Part shown: positions 12,074 to 23,663 of the stretch, piece after piece | How the letters are laid out: every line of letters starts with the position of its first letter | Position numbering within the stretch: position 1 is the stretch's first letter | NCBI GenBank assembly: GCA_040954595.2 | Contig: CM082596.2 | Span: forward strand, 5,282,791 to 5,346,790 | Source: Balanoglossus misakiensis | Lineage: Eukaryota; Animalia; Hemichordata | DNA: 64,000 nt | Direction: 5' to 3' | The notes under the pieces: model-generated | Database searches by the model: none | Told to the model about the DNA's origin: nothing | Seen by the model: the letters and a program-made list of their open reading frames with translations, nothing else | Program-made: the position numbers and the translations under genes

Positions 12074-15050
12074 ATTCCACGATACAACGTCTATAATTGC
12101 TAGTCATTACTGATCTCTTATTCTTCAGGGCATACTTAATTTCACACAAATGCCAAAGTAAAATTGAATGCCTGTCCATCATCATTAATTATAACGCATG
12201 AGAATTACAATTCCCTAGTACAGACAGCCTTTACGAAAGCGGCAATTACGGTGATATTTTTTTTCCAAGAGAAAACGTGGTATTTACCTGGGCACCTTCA
12301 ATAACTACGTCATTCTTCTTGATCTATTCGATTAAAGAATAAATTCCTTACAAGGTTTCTTTGTAATAATATGTATCCGATAGAACATTTCAGCGCACAA
12401 TACACGAAGGTTTATTTCATGATGCTACTAGTCAATGCGTTTTATTCGTATACGTGGGGAGAGAATCGGTTCATGCAAACATATGTGCATAGCTACACGC
12501 TCAATCGCATTAAACGCGGTTTCTAGATTGGATTTGAGTTGCTTTCGTCAGTACATCATTTACATTGATTGCATGTAATGGTATGAGAAGTAAATCTGCT
12601 ATTGCATCAAGCCTCCTCTCGCGGCTGGAGTTTGTTAGTCGCGGAGGTTGACAATGGTTTAATGGTATAGCATTGTGTGTGTGTCTCTCTCTCTCTCTCT
12701 CTTCATTTGTGAAACCAGGTGGTGTGACGGATTATACTCTGTAGAGTGATCGAAGCGGACCTAATAATAATATTTCGCCCCTACATTAACATGCCACCTG
12801 GTAAGATGCGTTCAGCATTCTTGTCAGGCACCTATACATGATTGTATATTTGTACTTGAAAGTAGTCATGGTAACTTCGATGTATATAAAACTTGAATGC
12901 TATACCACAGCACAACTTGATATGAGGGATTGACATTTCAGTTCATGTACGATATAAACGCCACGGCGTATTCCAGGCACGTCTCTCAAACGGGATGGCT
13001 TAAATTGGCGATGGGAATAACAACTGCGGCAATCGTTTTGGATATTTCCTCTGATAATAATCAGAACGTAGGAGTATAACTGCCAGTTTTGACTTGATAA
13101 AATGCCCCGAGAGTTTCGGGTAACGAATCGTCTGATCAAATTGCTTTTAAAGCTGAGCTGTCTCAGCAACCATACCCCGCCCCGTAATATTTTCGATTTT
13201 GATGTTAAATGGGACACGTTTGGGCAGTTTACATACGGCGGTTGTTGTTTTTTAAATTAACGACAGAACGTCTTGCGTTCCATTTCATTCCCATTTTTTA
13301 TTAGATGTCTTTCTGCAGGCGTGTAGTTGACATTGTGCGTGACATTTGACGCGAACCGGCATTGAACCGCCCTGCTTCCTTAATTTGACACATTCTAACA
13401 CTTAGCTGAGATCGTGTCGACTTCCTTTTGGCCTTGTCAGAAGTCATTACCCCCAGGGCTGAAAGTGCTCCAATCAGCTCAAATAGACGTCAAATGACGC
13501 CTTACAGAGCCAAAAGTCATAATATCTAATCGACTGGACAATGTAGTTAGCGCCGGGTGAAAAGACACTAAGCAAATGTTGGGCAGCTGACATCGGAAAC
13601 ATCCAGAGGGATTGAATTATACCTTAACAAAAAACAAGGCAATGCGCAGCGGAAGTTACCTTAATGTCTTCTCCACACAACTTCTTCGCTTGGCGTGTAA
13701 TTCGATTTGCGGGCGACTGGCTAGGCAAACAAATCTCACTGCAAGAAAAGAGATTGCGTTTGAATGGCGCGAGAAGACAGCGTGGGGGAAATCGAACCCG
13801 GGTCACGACAACAAACTCTGGCGTATAGCAAATACCTGAATGAGTGTTTAACCTTTCGATAAACGCTCTCCTGATTGCATCATCGGCGTGAGTGGCGTGT
13901 CCGTGGCCTGTGGGGATGGGATATGACACCTGACAGGCCAAAGAAACGCCTTTCTGGGCAAATATTAAACCAGCGCGATTCTGATTGATTTAATTAAGTC
14001 GTACCTTGATTAGCTGTCCATCAACATTGCGACGTACGAAATGGCCGTTGTCAGAGTACTTCAATATTTCTTCTGAAAGAAACGAATTTAATTAATGACT
14101 ATTGCATCAGATTGAAAGGCGAAACATTTCCAAGAGTGGACAAGCAATGGAAAGTCCACGGAATAATGACGTCTTCGCATGAAATCAAATTACATTTTGT
14201 ACATGAATTCGATTAGTGTAGTTTGATTAGGTTTGTCTTGGCTTTTGGAGGCTGAAAAAACAGCTGCTTCCAAATGACTTCTGTTTTCATACAAGTGTCA
14301 GCCGTCAAACCTTCTTATTTAACGGGTGCCCGGTTATGTCGTCAAAGATCAAACTTTTCACGTTCTTATTCTATTGTCAGGCCATATACTGCTTTAGGCA
14401 TTGATTTCGCCACGTGTATACGCACATTCATAACACACAAACCGTTGGTGGCGCTGTTACGTTGTAGCTACTGAAAGTCGCTAACAAAAACTTGAAAGAA
14501 CTCTTCTGCTGTTCAAATTAGGGTTAAAACACAACTCATGTCAGCACGATATGGAGGCCATAGGCCTATCAGCCCCCCAACGGTACAGCTGCGTACCACA
14601 GCAAATACTAGACCAACAAAAATAGCTTACCTTGCAATGTATACGAGCCAAACCACGAGCCTTTGACTTCCGCCTTGTCCTCACTGACCTCAGCAATCGT
14701 TGCCGTCTGCAACTCTCCACGCAACGCAACGAGCGGTCGTCTGCGCCCAATGCAGTGCAAACATACTCGCAGATAACGGGAATAGCTTGACACAGGGCAA
14801 AATACCCCTGGCATTGAATGTCCGACACCGATACCAATTACCCTTTGACCCTCGGCGAGACAGGTAAGCCGGCCATTTTAGAGACACCTTTGTCCCACAG
14901 TTCAGTGCGCGCTCATTAACATATTCAATAACCAGAGTTTTCTCTGCATGACTATATTATTAAAGTTGACACAATTTAATCTCAATTTATTTAACAGGTG
15001 TAAAATAACATATACATTTTGTCTGTAAAATAAAAAAGACTGCTTTAGGC

Positions 15051-16468
15051 CTAAATAACTTCAGTATCCGTGTAATCATGTCTTTGCGGCAAGTTGTACT
15101 GAATACTTGCACTGCACAGAAATCCTGCACCTATGAGTGACAGTGCAACTGACATCCAACTCACTATAATGGAGTAGCCCCAGGTGTAAGCGATGTTGTT
15201 GTCTCCTGCGTATCTGGATGTTCTGGCTGCATACCATCCGCTTCCGATCAAAGCTACCAAACCTGGTAGAAAACAAGGGAGAAGAGAGAGGGGGAGGGAG
15301 AGAGAAGAGAGAGAAGGCATGTGAGAGAGGGGGAGAGACGTGTATGGAATCAGATCAATAACATTGTGACTAAAGTACATGCAGATTATGTACACCTTGT
15401 CGATAATGACTCATTAAAGTTTAATTAGTCGCTCTTCTTTTGTCTAGAACGTAGAAGCTCCGAATTTCGGAATTATGTAGACATTTAAAACGTTTCAGTT
15501 GCTGATAGCAAATTTGGTTCCCGTTGAAAACGACCACAATGAGCAACTGACAACAATGTGTTGAGAGAAGATGTCGCTGGGAACTCGTGTCCAGCCTAGC
15601 GCACACACAAGTCTTAGACACGAATCTACATTATTAATGGCAGACGAGATTCTATTGTTGATTCACAAAAACTTGCTATGGATTTTAAATAAAGTGACGT
15701 ACGAGAATTGCCTACTTCAATAGAAAAAAACTTCGTTAAAATAATACGTTAAAGGTACATCTACCGATGTAGATTTCTAAGATGCTGATAAGTTCAAATT
15801 TGAGGTTTTTTGTAGAAAAGTGTGAAAAGTAAACACGTACTTGAAAGGAACATGAGGATACTGGCACTTTTGACTTTCCCTGCACTCAGTCGCCCACTGA
15901 AGATGAAGATTAACATCAGGGTTGTGGTGATAGTAATGATACAAGCAAGAACCATGCAGAACTGGGCGCCTCTTACTTGAACTGAGACAGACAGACAGAC
16001 AGACATAGACGGACAGATGGGAAAAAGAATTATTGAATCAATGATCTGGTAACTGTGACGAAAAGCTTCGCATTGTTTTTAATGCTGCTATGAAAGTGAG
16101 TGTTGGTTTTGTAGGGTAAACAATACGTTACGACGGCTAACTCAGCAAGATTATGAAGAGCTCAACACAATTTGCGCGTATCCGAATCAATAAGGAAAAA
16201 CCAACACAAATTTCCAGAGTTCGATGAAGTGAGAGATACCAGTAGTTTTATTACCTGCGGCCGAGTTCCAGTCCAGTGGTGCGTGGCTGCAGTTCGTGCG
16301 GGCAGCTAACGGTGACGACACGCACTCTCTCCACAGTCCGTACGTGTGCGTCAGGCGCAGTTTGTCGTCCGTCACTTTGTGCCAGGAAGACGTCGCTGTA
16401 CTGACTATCTGGAACACCAGAGCCGTCACAGTCACCACGAAGCCGAGGATGGGTAACGTGGGACCCAT
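15051..16468 (-). CDS. Claudin/PMP22/EMP/MP20-family tetraspan membrane protein; exons 16468-16255, 15981-15841, 15262-15051
   Basis: MGPTLPILGFVVTVTALVFQIVSTATSSW...GLWRECVSSPLAARTNC carries the W-GLW-C-C signature. VRGAQFCMVLA and YTWGYSIIVSW are typical of the family; four hydrophobic segments; phase-1 GT-AG introns join in frame. Confidence 0.85.
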
Positions 16469-17305
16469 AACTCCTTCTTCATTGCCAAAATTCGGAGTAA
16501 AATCAGCAACAAAACGGACCAGAAGACACCAGAGTACGCCTGTAATTGTCCCTCTTTGACCCTGTGCGGAGGACAATACAGTAGTAAATCTTTATCAGTT
16601 GCAAACCAGTGAAGCGAGAAAAGTTTTACCTCCCAAGGTGCATTGTTAGCGACAGATAAAGTCCTTATTCCGCACAGCAAACTTATACACTGAAAAAATT
16701 CGCTGTCGTTTAGTCCCGCAGCTTAGGAACCACCAGTTGTCCTCTTTTCATCTGGTAGTTTAATTGAGAATTTTAAGACTACATATTCTCTCACCTTTCG
16801 TTTTTTTCTGCCTGGTCTATGACCTTACGAGGAACGATTTGAGTGAGTGACTTTGGTTGACATTTTGGCCTACACAAGTCAAACCTAAGTCAAACCCCCC
16901 TCTTGCACAAACACATTTTTCACTTTGGTAATCACAAATAAAAGAACTACCACATAGTCACTAGAAGACATTGAGCAGATTTTAAAAAAAGACCGACAGA
17001 ATTTATTTGGGTAAAAAAGGTGGCCAACTTGTCAACATGATCTGAATAATTATGACTGACATAATACATGTATTGTAACAATATTAAATGTTTTTTTAAC
17101 AAGCTGCCGTTTCTGTTTGTAAATATGTACACTGGGCAACAGGTTTTGTATGGTTCAAGTCGTTCAAAATTCCAGAAATCTCTTAAATATCCAGGTGATT
17201 TCCAAGAAGGATGCCATGCTCGTTTCTGAGAGTGATTGTGCACTGTATTCTTATCAAGCATTTTGCTTTCGCGATTGATCAATAGTTATCCTGGTGGTCT
17301 ATGAG

Positions 17306-20300
17306 TTACAAAACCATGGCCTGTTTGATGGTCATCGTCTCGTCAATGAGGAACTTCTTCAAGACGCTGAGGAGATTTTCATCGCATCTTGCCATCTGCT
17401 TCTCCATGGCAATCTTGAAATCCTCCTCCCCTCCTTTTGTCACACCCCTGGTTACCGTCCTGGTCCTGAAACAAGAGAAGATGCGGGATGTCAACACTAC
17501 CTGAAGTAGGAGAGAGTTGCACATTAACTGCAAGAATTCAAAGGTAAACACTTAACACACATCTTATTTGGAGGAAGAACTTGGTCCCAAAATACAGTGC
17601 ATCCCTCCCATATGTTCAGAGCAGAATACAGTCTAGTATAATCTTGGACACTCTGAGGTTCACCAGAACATCACCCTCTATCGTACCTTTGTTGTGCCAC
17701 TGGGTGAGGAATGAGATCCAAGTCGACTCTACCGCCCTCGTCAGTCTTCAGGTAGGCAATCTCTTCTAGTACGTCGACATCTGTGTTGTGAGACTTGTAA
17801 GAATAATACTTGCATGCAACAAGACACAGTGGCATTTAGGTATAAAAATATGCTACAAGTGGCAGCTATTGGGGCTTTAATACCAGCTTTGAAAGGATAC
17901 GAATGACGTAATTGAAGAACGGAAAGTAGGTCAGGCTGCCCTGTTGACTGATGACCTCCAGCACCTGATTGAAGAGCTTCTCTTCCTTTGGCCAATCGTA
18001 CTGCATCATTGTTATCATGTGACCCAAGGCCAGTTCATTGACACCACCACTGTTGAAGATTTTCTGTGGAGAGGTGAAACGAATAAATACTGACAATAAA
18101 TAATAAATAGTGACATCAAAATCTATTAAAGACATATATATTTAAATTGATACAGGCAGATCACAAAACAAATCACATCAAAATCTATTGAAAACATACA
18201 GACAAATAACATCAATCATGATGGTTAAGTTTCCACTACTGTATAATAAACCCTTTGCATTCAAGCTACAACATGACTTTCATGACCCTACTATACCTTA
18301 AAACACATGAGTATAAGTTTGATGCAGTAGGGCAGAATGTAGGTGGGCGTGCAGGACACAAATTGGAGACTATGGGTGGGCTTGGTTTCCACTGGAGAGA
18401 GAGGCTTGCAGTCCACTGTGTCGGGCATCTTGGCAACCGCATTCAGGGCCATGTCACAGGCTTTCTGATTGGATGAAACGGAAAAGAGTGAGTGTCACAG
18501 GCTTTCTGATTGGATGAAACGGAAAAGAGTGAGTGTCACAGGCTTTCTGATTGGATGAAATGGAAAAGAGTGAGTGTCACAGGCATTCTAATTGGATGAA
18601 ACAGAGCAGAGCCTTGTCAATGATGATGTTAATAATTGATTTCACACAAATGATGAATATGACCTTACTTGATAATGTTTCATGGCAAGGAAACATGACG
18701 ATAGTTGCAGAGAAGCCTCCAGTTGACCCTGAGAAATGAAGAATATATTTACATAATCACTCAACCGGTTAAATTCATCTTTTATTTTCACTACGTACAT
18801 TAGGAGAAGCTGAAATGTGTAGCATTCAGAAACATAGGTTTGAATCGGTTGTTTGTAGAATTCTGATTTCAAATGATAAATTTCAACATGAACACTGTTT
18901 TGTTGGACGTTGGACGTCAATCTAACCTGTAGTTCCCCAGACTCTTGTTTGTCTTCTAACATTATTAGAGCTTTTGCTGTGTCTCCCTGTGTGCAAACAG
19001 TCAACAAGAAACAAAATGTTGATCGGTATATTTAAACTGAACAACTGGGTCAAATTCTGCAAAGTCCTGGCTAGTGGCACATCAAAGTCTACCAATATCA
19101 ATTCATGTGACAGACACTATTAACATTGCATTTGTTTCTTGTTATTGTTGATGATGGTGGTGGTGGTGGTGATGCAACCAGATTTACAAGCTATACTTAC
19201 AGAGAAGATCCCCATATCAATTTGGAATGACACCAACCAAGCCCATCTTTCTGACCGCCAGTGATGCAATAACCACTTGAAATCTGAATATAGAAGAACA
19301 CAAAACACATGGCCAATTCAAAACTTGAGTTCACACAGGAAATGTCTGTACAATGTACTTCTTTGTAGGCTACACAACATCATCATGGCAATGCAAGGCA
19401 TTAGAAGCCACTGTTACTTTGTGCAATTAGAGTAGGTACACTTTATCACATAGATCAACGTTTGAAACTTTCCATTACCTTTATCAAATGTTTCATCAGA
19501 GTGAAGTAACTGCCAGCAATGGACAGCTGTAGTGAACGCTTCCAGTAACTCAGACTTGTCTTTACTGAGACCGAACACACTGATTTGATCTTTGCTGCCC
19601 TCTCCACCATCATCCTAATCAGAAGACACAGACCGACATTCTATGAACGCTCACAACTAATATTGGATGTAACTGAAGGTTACAGGAATTTGCATATGAA
19701 TTCCACTCATACCATGCAACTAATTTAACTCAACGCATATAACGATTTTGATGGCATTTTCTGAATAGTTACTTAAAGAGTGCCAGCGTGTATGCTAGCG
19801 CTCTGACATATCTATACTTCACCTTTTCCAGCTTGGCTCGTTTGTGTTCACTTCTGTCTTTTTTCCTCTTCAGAGCCACATCCACATTGTGAAGTAGAAC
19901 CAGAGTGCCGTACTGAAATCCTGGCGACCCACTGCCTGTAAAGGAAGACAATGCCTTTGTCATGCAATGTTTTCACGGAAAAAGGAGGGTATTTATATTT
20001 TTCAACATCAAACACCAAAGAGAGTATTCAGGAAATTGTCAACTAGCTGGCACTGTGTGACAAAAATGTTGAGGAAATCCTGTTAAGTTGCAGGACATGG
20101 TTGCTATAGGGCACCAGCATGTACACACCAGACTGGTATTCCCGCTATCTGCACAACCACCACACACGCACTGCCTTGTAACATTGCACCTACCTGCAAA
20201 CTGTTCGGGATCTCGGAACTTGAGAAAGTTGTGAAGACACTGGAAGAAGAGCAGGATCAGGGAATAGAAGATCGGTTTCAGATGCGGCGTCTTGTTCTCC

Positions 20301-22978
20301 TCCGCCATCTTGTTGCAGCTCTTGTACACCCTGGATAGGTACAGCCACTGTTGTCTGCTGTTCCTATAAAAAAGAAACACAATGTTATTGTTAGAGTTGG
20401 TTAGCTGTTCCCCTAGTAAATATCTTATATATTGCAGCATTTTGAATGTGCTGGATAGATTTACCTGTCTGTTGGCACAACATTTTCAGTGTTCCATCCA
20501 AGTCGGGTTGCAGATAACATCAATAAATTGTGCAAGCTGGACCACGGACTGTCAACCTGGCTCTCTCGCTCAGTCAGTCCATCAATGTGCGTATACCTAC
20601 CAAAGAAGACGGACAGATTACATAATCATTGTTCGCACACACAACAGAGTAACTCATAGCAAGCTCACAAGCTCAAGTACCTTGATGACGATGAATCTGG
20701 AGACTTGAGTGGACTCTTGAAGCCAGAGCCATCCAACTTGGGCCTGACCACAAAGCTGACGTAGAACTCCACCGATTTCTGCAGCCACTTGGACAGGTGT
20801 TTGTTGCTGTACTGGGTGTCGCGGTTGGACAGAATGATTGGCAGCACATCACACACTGCAAAGAAACAAATCGAGACAATAGGTGATTCTCTACAGATTG
20901 TGAGATCTTGCGAGACTTGGCTAATTAATGCAGCAACAGGTTGCTAGCCAAGTAATAAAAGTAAGGCTTTGTATGAAACTAGAACGGGTGCAGATTTTAA
21001 CAAAATTTTGTGCTGTTTAACATGATGGGCTACGTTTTGTCCTTTTTCAAATGAGAATGTCCTCCCATATAAACTGCCCAGCCACGCGATATCTCGCAGG
21101 CCTTAGGTAGTCCATTCATACGACATTCATGTTACTGGTGATCTACGGACATACCAAGAAGTTTCCGGAAACAGTTGACCGGATTCCTCTCCGCTTGCAT
21201 CTTTTCTGCATTCAACAAAGTCTCAACGAGCTTGACCTGAATTTGAAGGAAAGCAAACATTGAATCCTGTGGGTTAAAATTGTACAGCACTTCAAAAAAT
21301 ATTACTCTATACAGCATTTGGTTTAATTTGATTAAGCTTGTTGCTTGATCATTTGTGATCATTGGTGATCGAGACAATAACTTAGGTGGTGGGAACTGCC
21401 CTTTTCAGACCCACCCCTTCGCTCCTCCGCAAATATATCTCGGTGGGTTGTGATTTGTCAGGTGTGACTTACCCCATGGGTCACGGCAGCTGTGGAAAAT
21501 CTACGAAGCAGGAGAAGCTGTAATTTACAGTGGGCCATAATGTCCTTGGTATGCTCTGTGGTGAGAATAAACAAATTGCACCAAATTGCGTTAATACACC
21601 ATGTTCCATCACAAGAAATCAAACAGAATGAATGGTTCCACAGATTTTACATGATCGAAGGCTCAGTGTTTTGAAATTGTTTCACATGATGTCTGCAAAA
21701 CTGGTGGATTTAAGTCAGACTGCCACACTGATGATAATACATATACTCAAACACAGCAATGGCCACACACAAAGGCAATACCAAGCTCAGATACATAACA
21801 AGTGTCTTTACAAACCTGAAACTTGGAGTAAAATGTCGTGCTGTGCTTGACTTGGCAGCGCTTCAAACAACTCTGTAATGCGATGAGATACAATGTAGGG
21901 TTAACCCTTTCGCATACCACATGGTTTGGTCCAAACCCATTGTTTTCTATGATGTAATTTGACCTCTATATAGGAAAATGGGAGTAAAAGGGGCTAAGAG
22001 TTGTCAGGACAAATCTGATGGTGTTTTTTGGTACACTTCATCACAATGCAAGTACTGGTATATTCTGATTTATTTTCTCACCTGAGAGGAATGTGGTATA
22101 TGGATCTGATTGGTCAGACTGCATCGCCATGGTGATGCAGTGCAGCTCTTGCCATAAGGTGGCCTCATGATGGAACTGAATGAATCTGTGGGAAGAGTAC
22201 AGTGTGTGTGGTTATCTACCATACCATGAATTTACAGTGATGGTAATCATGGGCATCCGATTCCATATCTAATTCTAACAGATGGGAGGAATGTGATGGG
22301 CGTTCTCTATATATCAAAATCATACTTACAGGTTGTACAGTGATCTCGCAGCTTCCTTCAGCTGCCTTGAAGATTTAGCAATGCAGTATGACTGGTACTG
22401 GCAATTGAAACACGGTATTGAGAGGTAGGAGTTAGTGGTTTCGTGGTGGGACTATGTAGCTGCAGTTCAGTAGCTAGATTTTACCATAGACAGTAGAGGG
22501 GGTATGAATTCCCCCCTCTACTGTCTATGATTTTACACAGCCCTGCCACGCAGCGCTTAGCAAGGCAAAATCGATCCACAGAACTGCACCTGTGGGCTGT
22601 GGTGTGGGAGGGGCCTACAGGCCTCCCAGTCTATGAAACGCATGTATTTGTATCGTTGCTGTATCACAAGCCCTCAAATCAACAACTCGTAGCCCCAACT
22701 GGTACAACTGTAAGATACAGGAACCGATTCACCTCCAAGGTACAGTTGTATCAGCGGGGGCTTCGAGTTGTTGATTTTAACAGATTGTCTAGTAGGCATC
22801 ATTCATCGCATAGGTTTATCCCCGTCGAACTTTTTCCACTCACCTGGATCCCAAAGTCTCGCGGAAATAATGCTCTTGCAGTCAACAACCACGCTTTGGC
22901 GGCCGTAGGGTCCTTTACAAGCAAACCCTGTGCAGTCTCGACCAACCACTTCTGGTCTGCTCCACGAAACGTCGCCAT
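17306..22978 (-). CDS. INTS10: Integrator complex subunit 10, about 18 exons (first 22978-22844, 22397-22330, 22185-22082 ... last ending 17306)
   Basis: N-terminus MATFRGADQKWLVETAQGLLVKDPTAAKAWLLTARALFPRDFGIQ; internal NPVNCFRKLL/VCDVLP, ILPYCIKLILMCFK, ELALGHMITMMQYDWP; C-terminus RTVTRGVTKGGEEDFKIAMEKQMARCDENL. All match INTS10 as I recall it. Several internal exon borders were only approximated. Confidence 0.92.
17781..17900 (-). other. Probable U12-type (minor spliceosome) GT-AG intron in INTS10
   Basis: 5' splice site GTATCCTTT. 3' end ...TTATTCTTACAAGTCTCACAACACAG has no polypyrimidine tract next to the AG. Flanking exons join in frame (FNYVI-H-VDVLEEIAYL). Confidence 0.8.
18452..18603. 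repeat. 41-bp tandem repeat (~3.7 copies) spanning an INTS10 splice acceptor
   Basis: Unit TGTCACAGGCTTTCTGATTGGATGAAACGGAAAAGAGTGAG starts at 18452, 18493, 18534 and 18575. Confidence 0.92.
21901..21997. mobile_element. ~95-bp piggyBac-like MITE, copy 1
   Basis: TTAACCCTTT...AAAAGGGGCTAA with internal CATGGTTTGGTCCAAACCCATTG and GACCTCTATA, shared with 43514-43606 and 51184-51276. Confidence 0.65.
22485..22529. repeat. Perfect 18-bp inverted repeat (hairpin) in INTS10 intron 1
   Basis: CATAGACAGTAGAGGGGG-tatgaattc-CCCCCTCTACTGTCTATG. Confidence 0.85.
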
Positions 22979-23663
22979 TTTGTTGTCTGCATTGAACTAC
23001 CGTAAAAGGGTGAGTGAGTACTAGGACGTACCAGTTTACGGCATTGCAAGTAGTCGCAAAGTGAGAAACATCCGAAACAGCACTTTGTGCCAGAAATTGG
23101 TAATTGACACATAGTTTATAAATCAAGGCCAGGGGATTTTAATTGATATCAAAAAGCAAAGTCGCTGTCCCCTCCTGTAGGCCTAAACCAAAGGAAAATA
23201 GCAAATTCGAATCGATCTACATATTTAATGTTAAACAAGTGATTTTATTGAAAACTAGAACGGTGTACTAAACATGACAAACATAGATGAAAAGAATATG
23301 AAAGACACTCAAACGCACACATCATCAGGTTAATGAAATGCATTTATTCATACAGCATATATGGTTCAGTTTACAGTATCACAAAATTAATTAACCCATG
23401 TTGACAGACAGCATTATGGAGCAATTCTCGCTTCTTAAATAGCTTTCTACTTCATAGTAAAATTGCATGTTACTGAGTACTTGCACTATGACAAAATGAC
23501 ATTTCATGATGCACAGCATACAAAACTAGAGAGGGCATGCTGTACAACCACAGTAGTACTAATGTCACGATTGTGTCCGAATGTTTGACAAGTCCAATGT
23601 AGTTCTCGGCTGACACAAATCTTCCACATGACACTCACTCTGTCACGCACACACACACAAAAT

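Noticed and set aside
13781-13870. Minus-strand GACCCGGGTTCGATTTCC resembling a tRNA T-arm/B-box
   Set aside because: No acceptor stem or cloverleaf can be built; at most a decayed tRNA-derived SINE head.
18452-18603. Regular repeats resembling a CRISPR array
   Set aside because: Head-to-tail units with no unique spacers, eukaryotic intron context, no cas genes.
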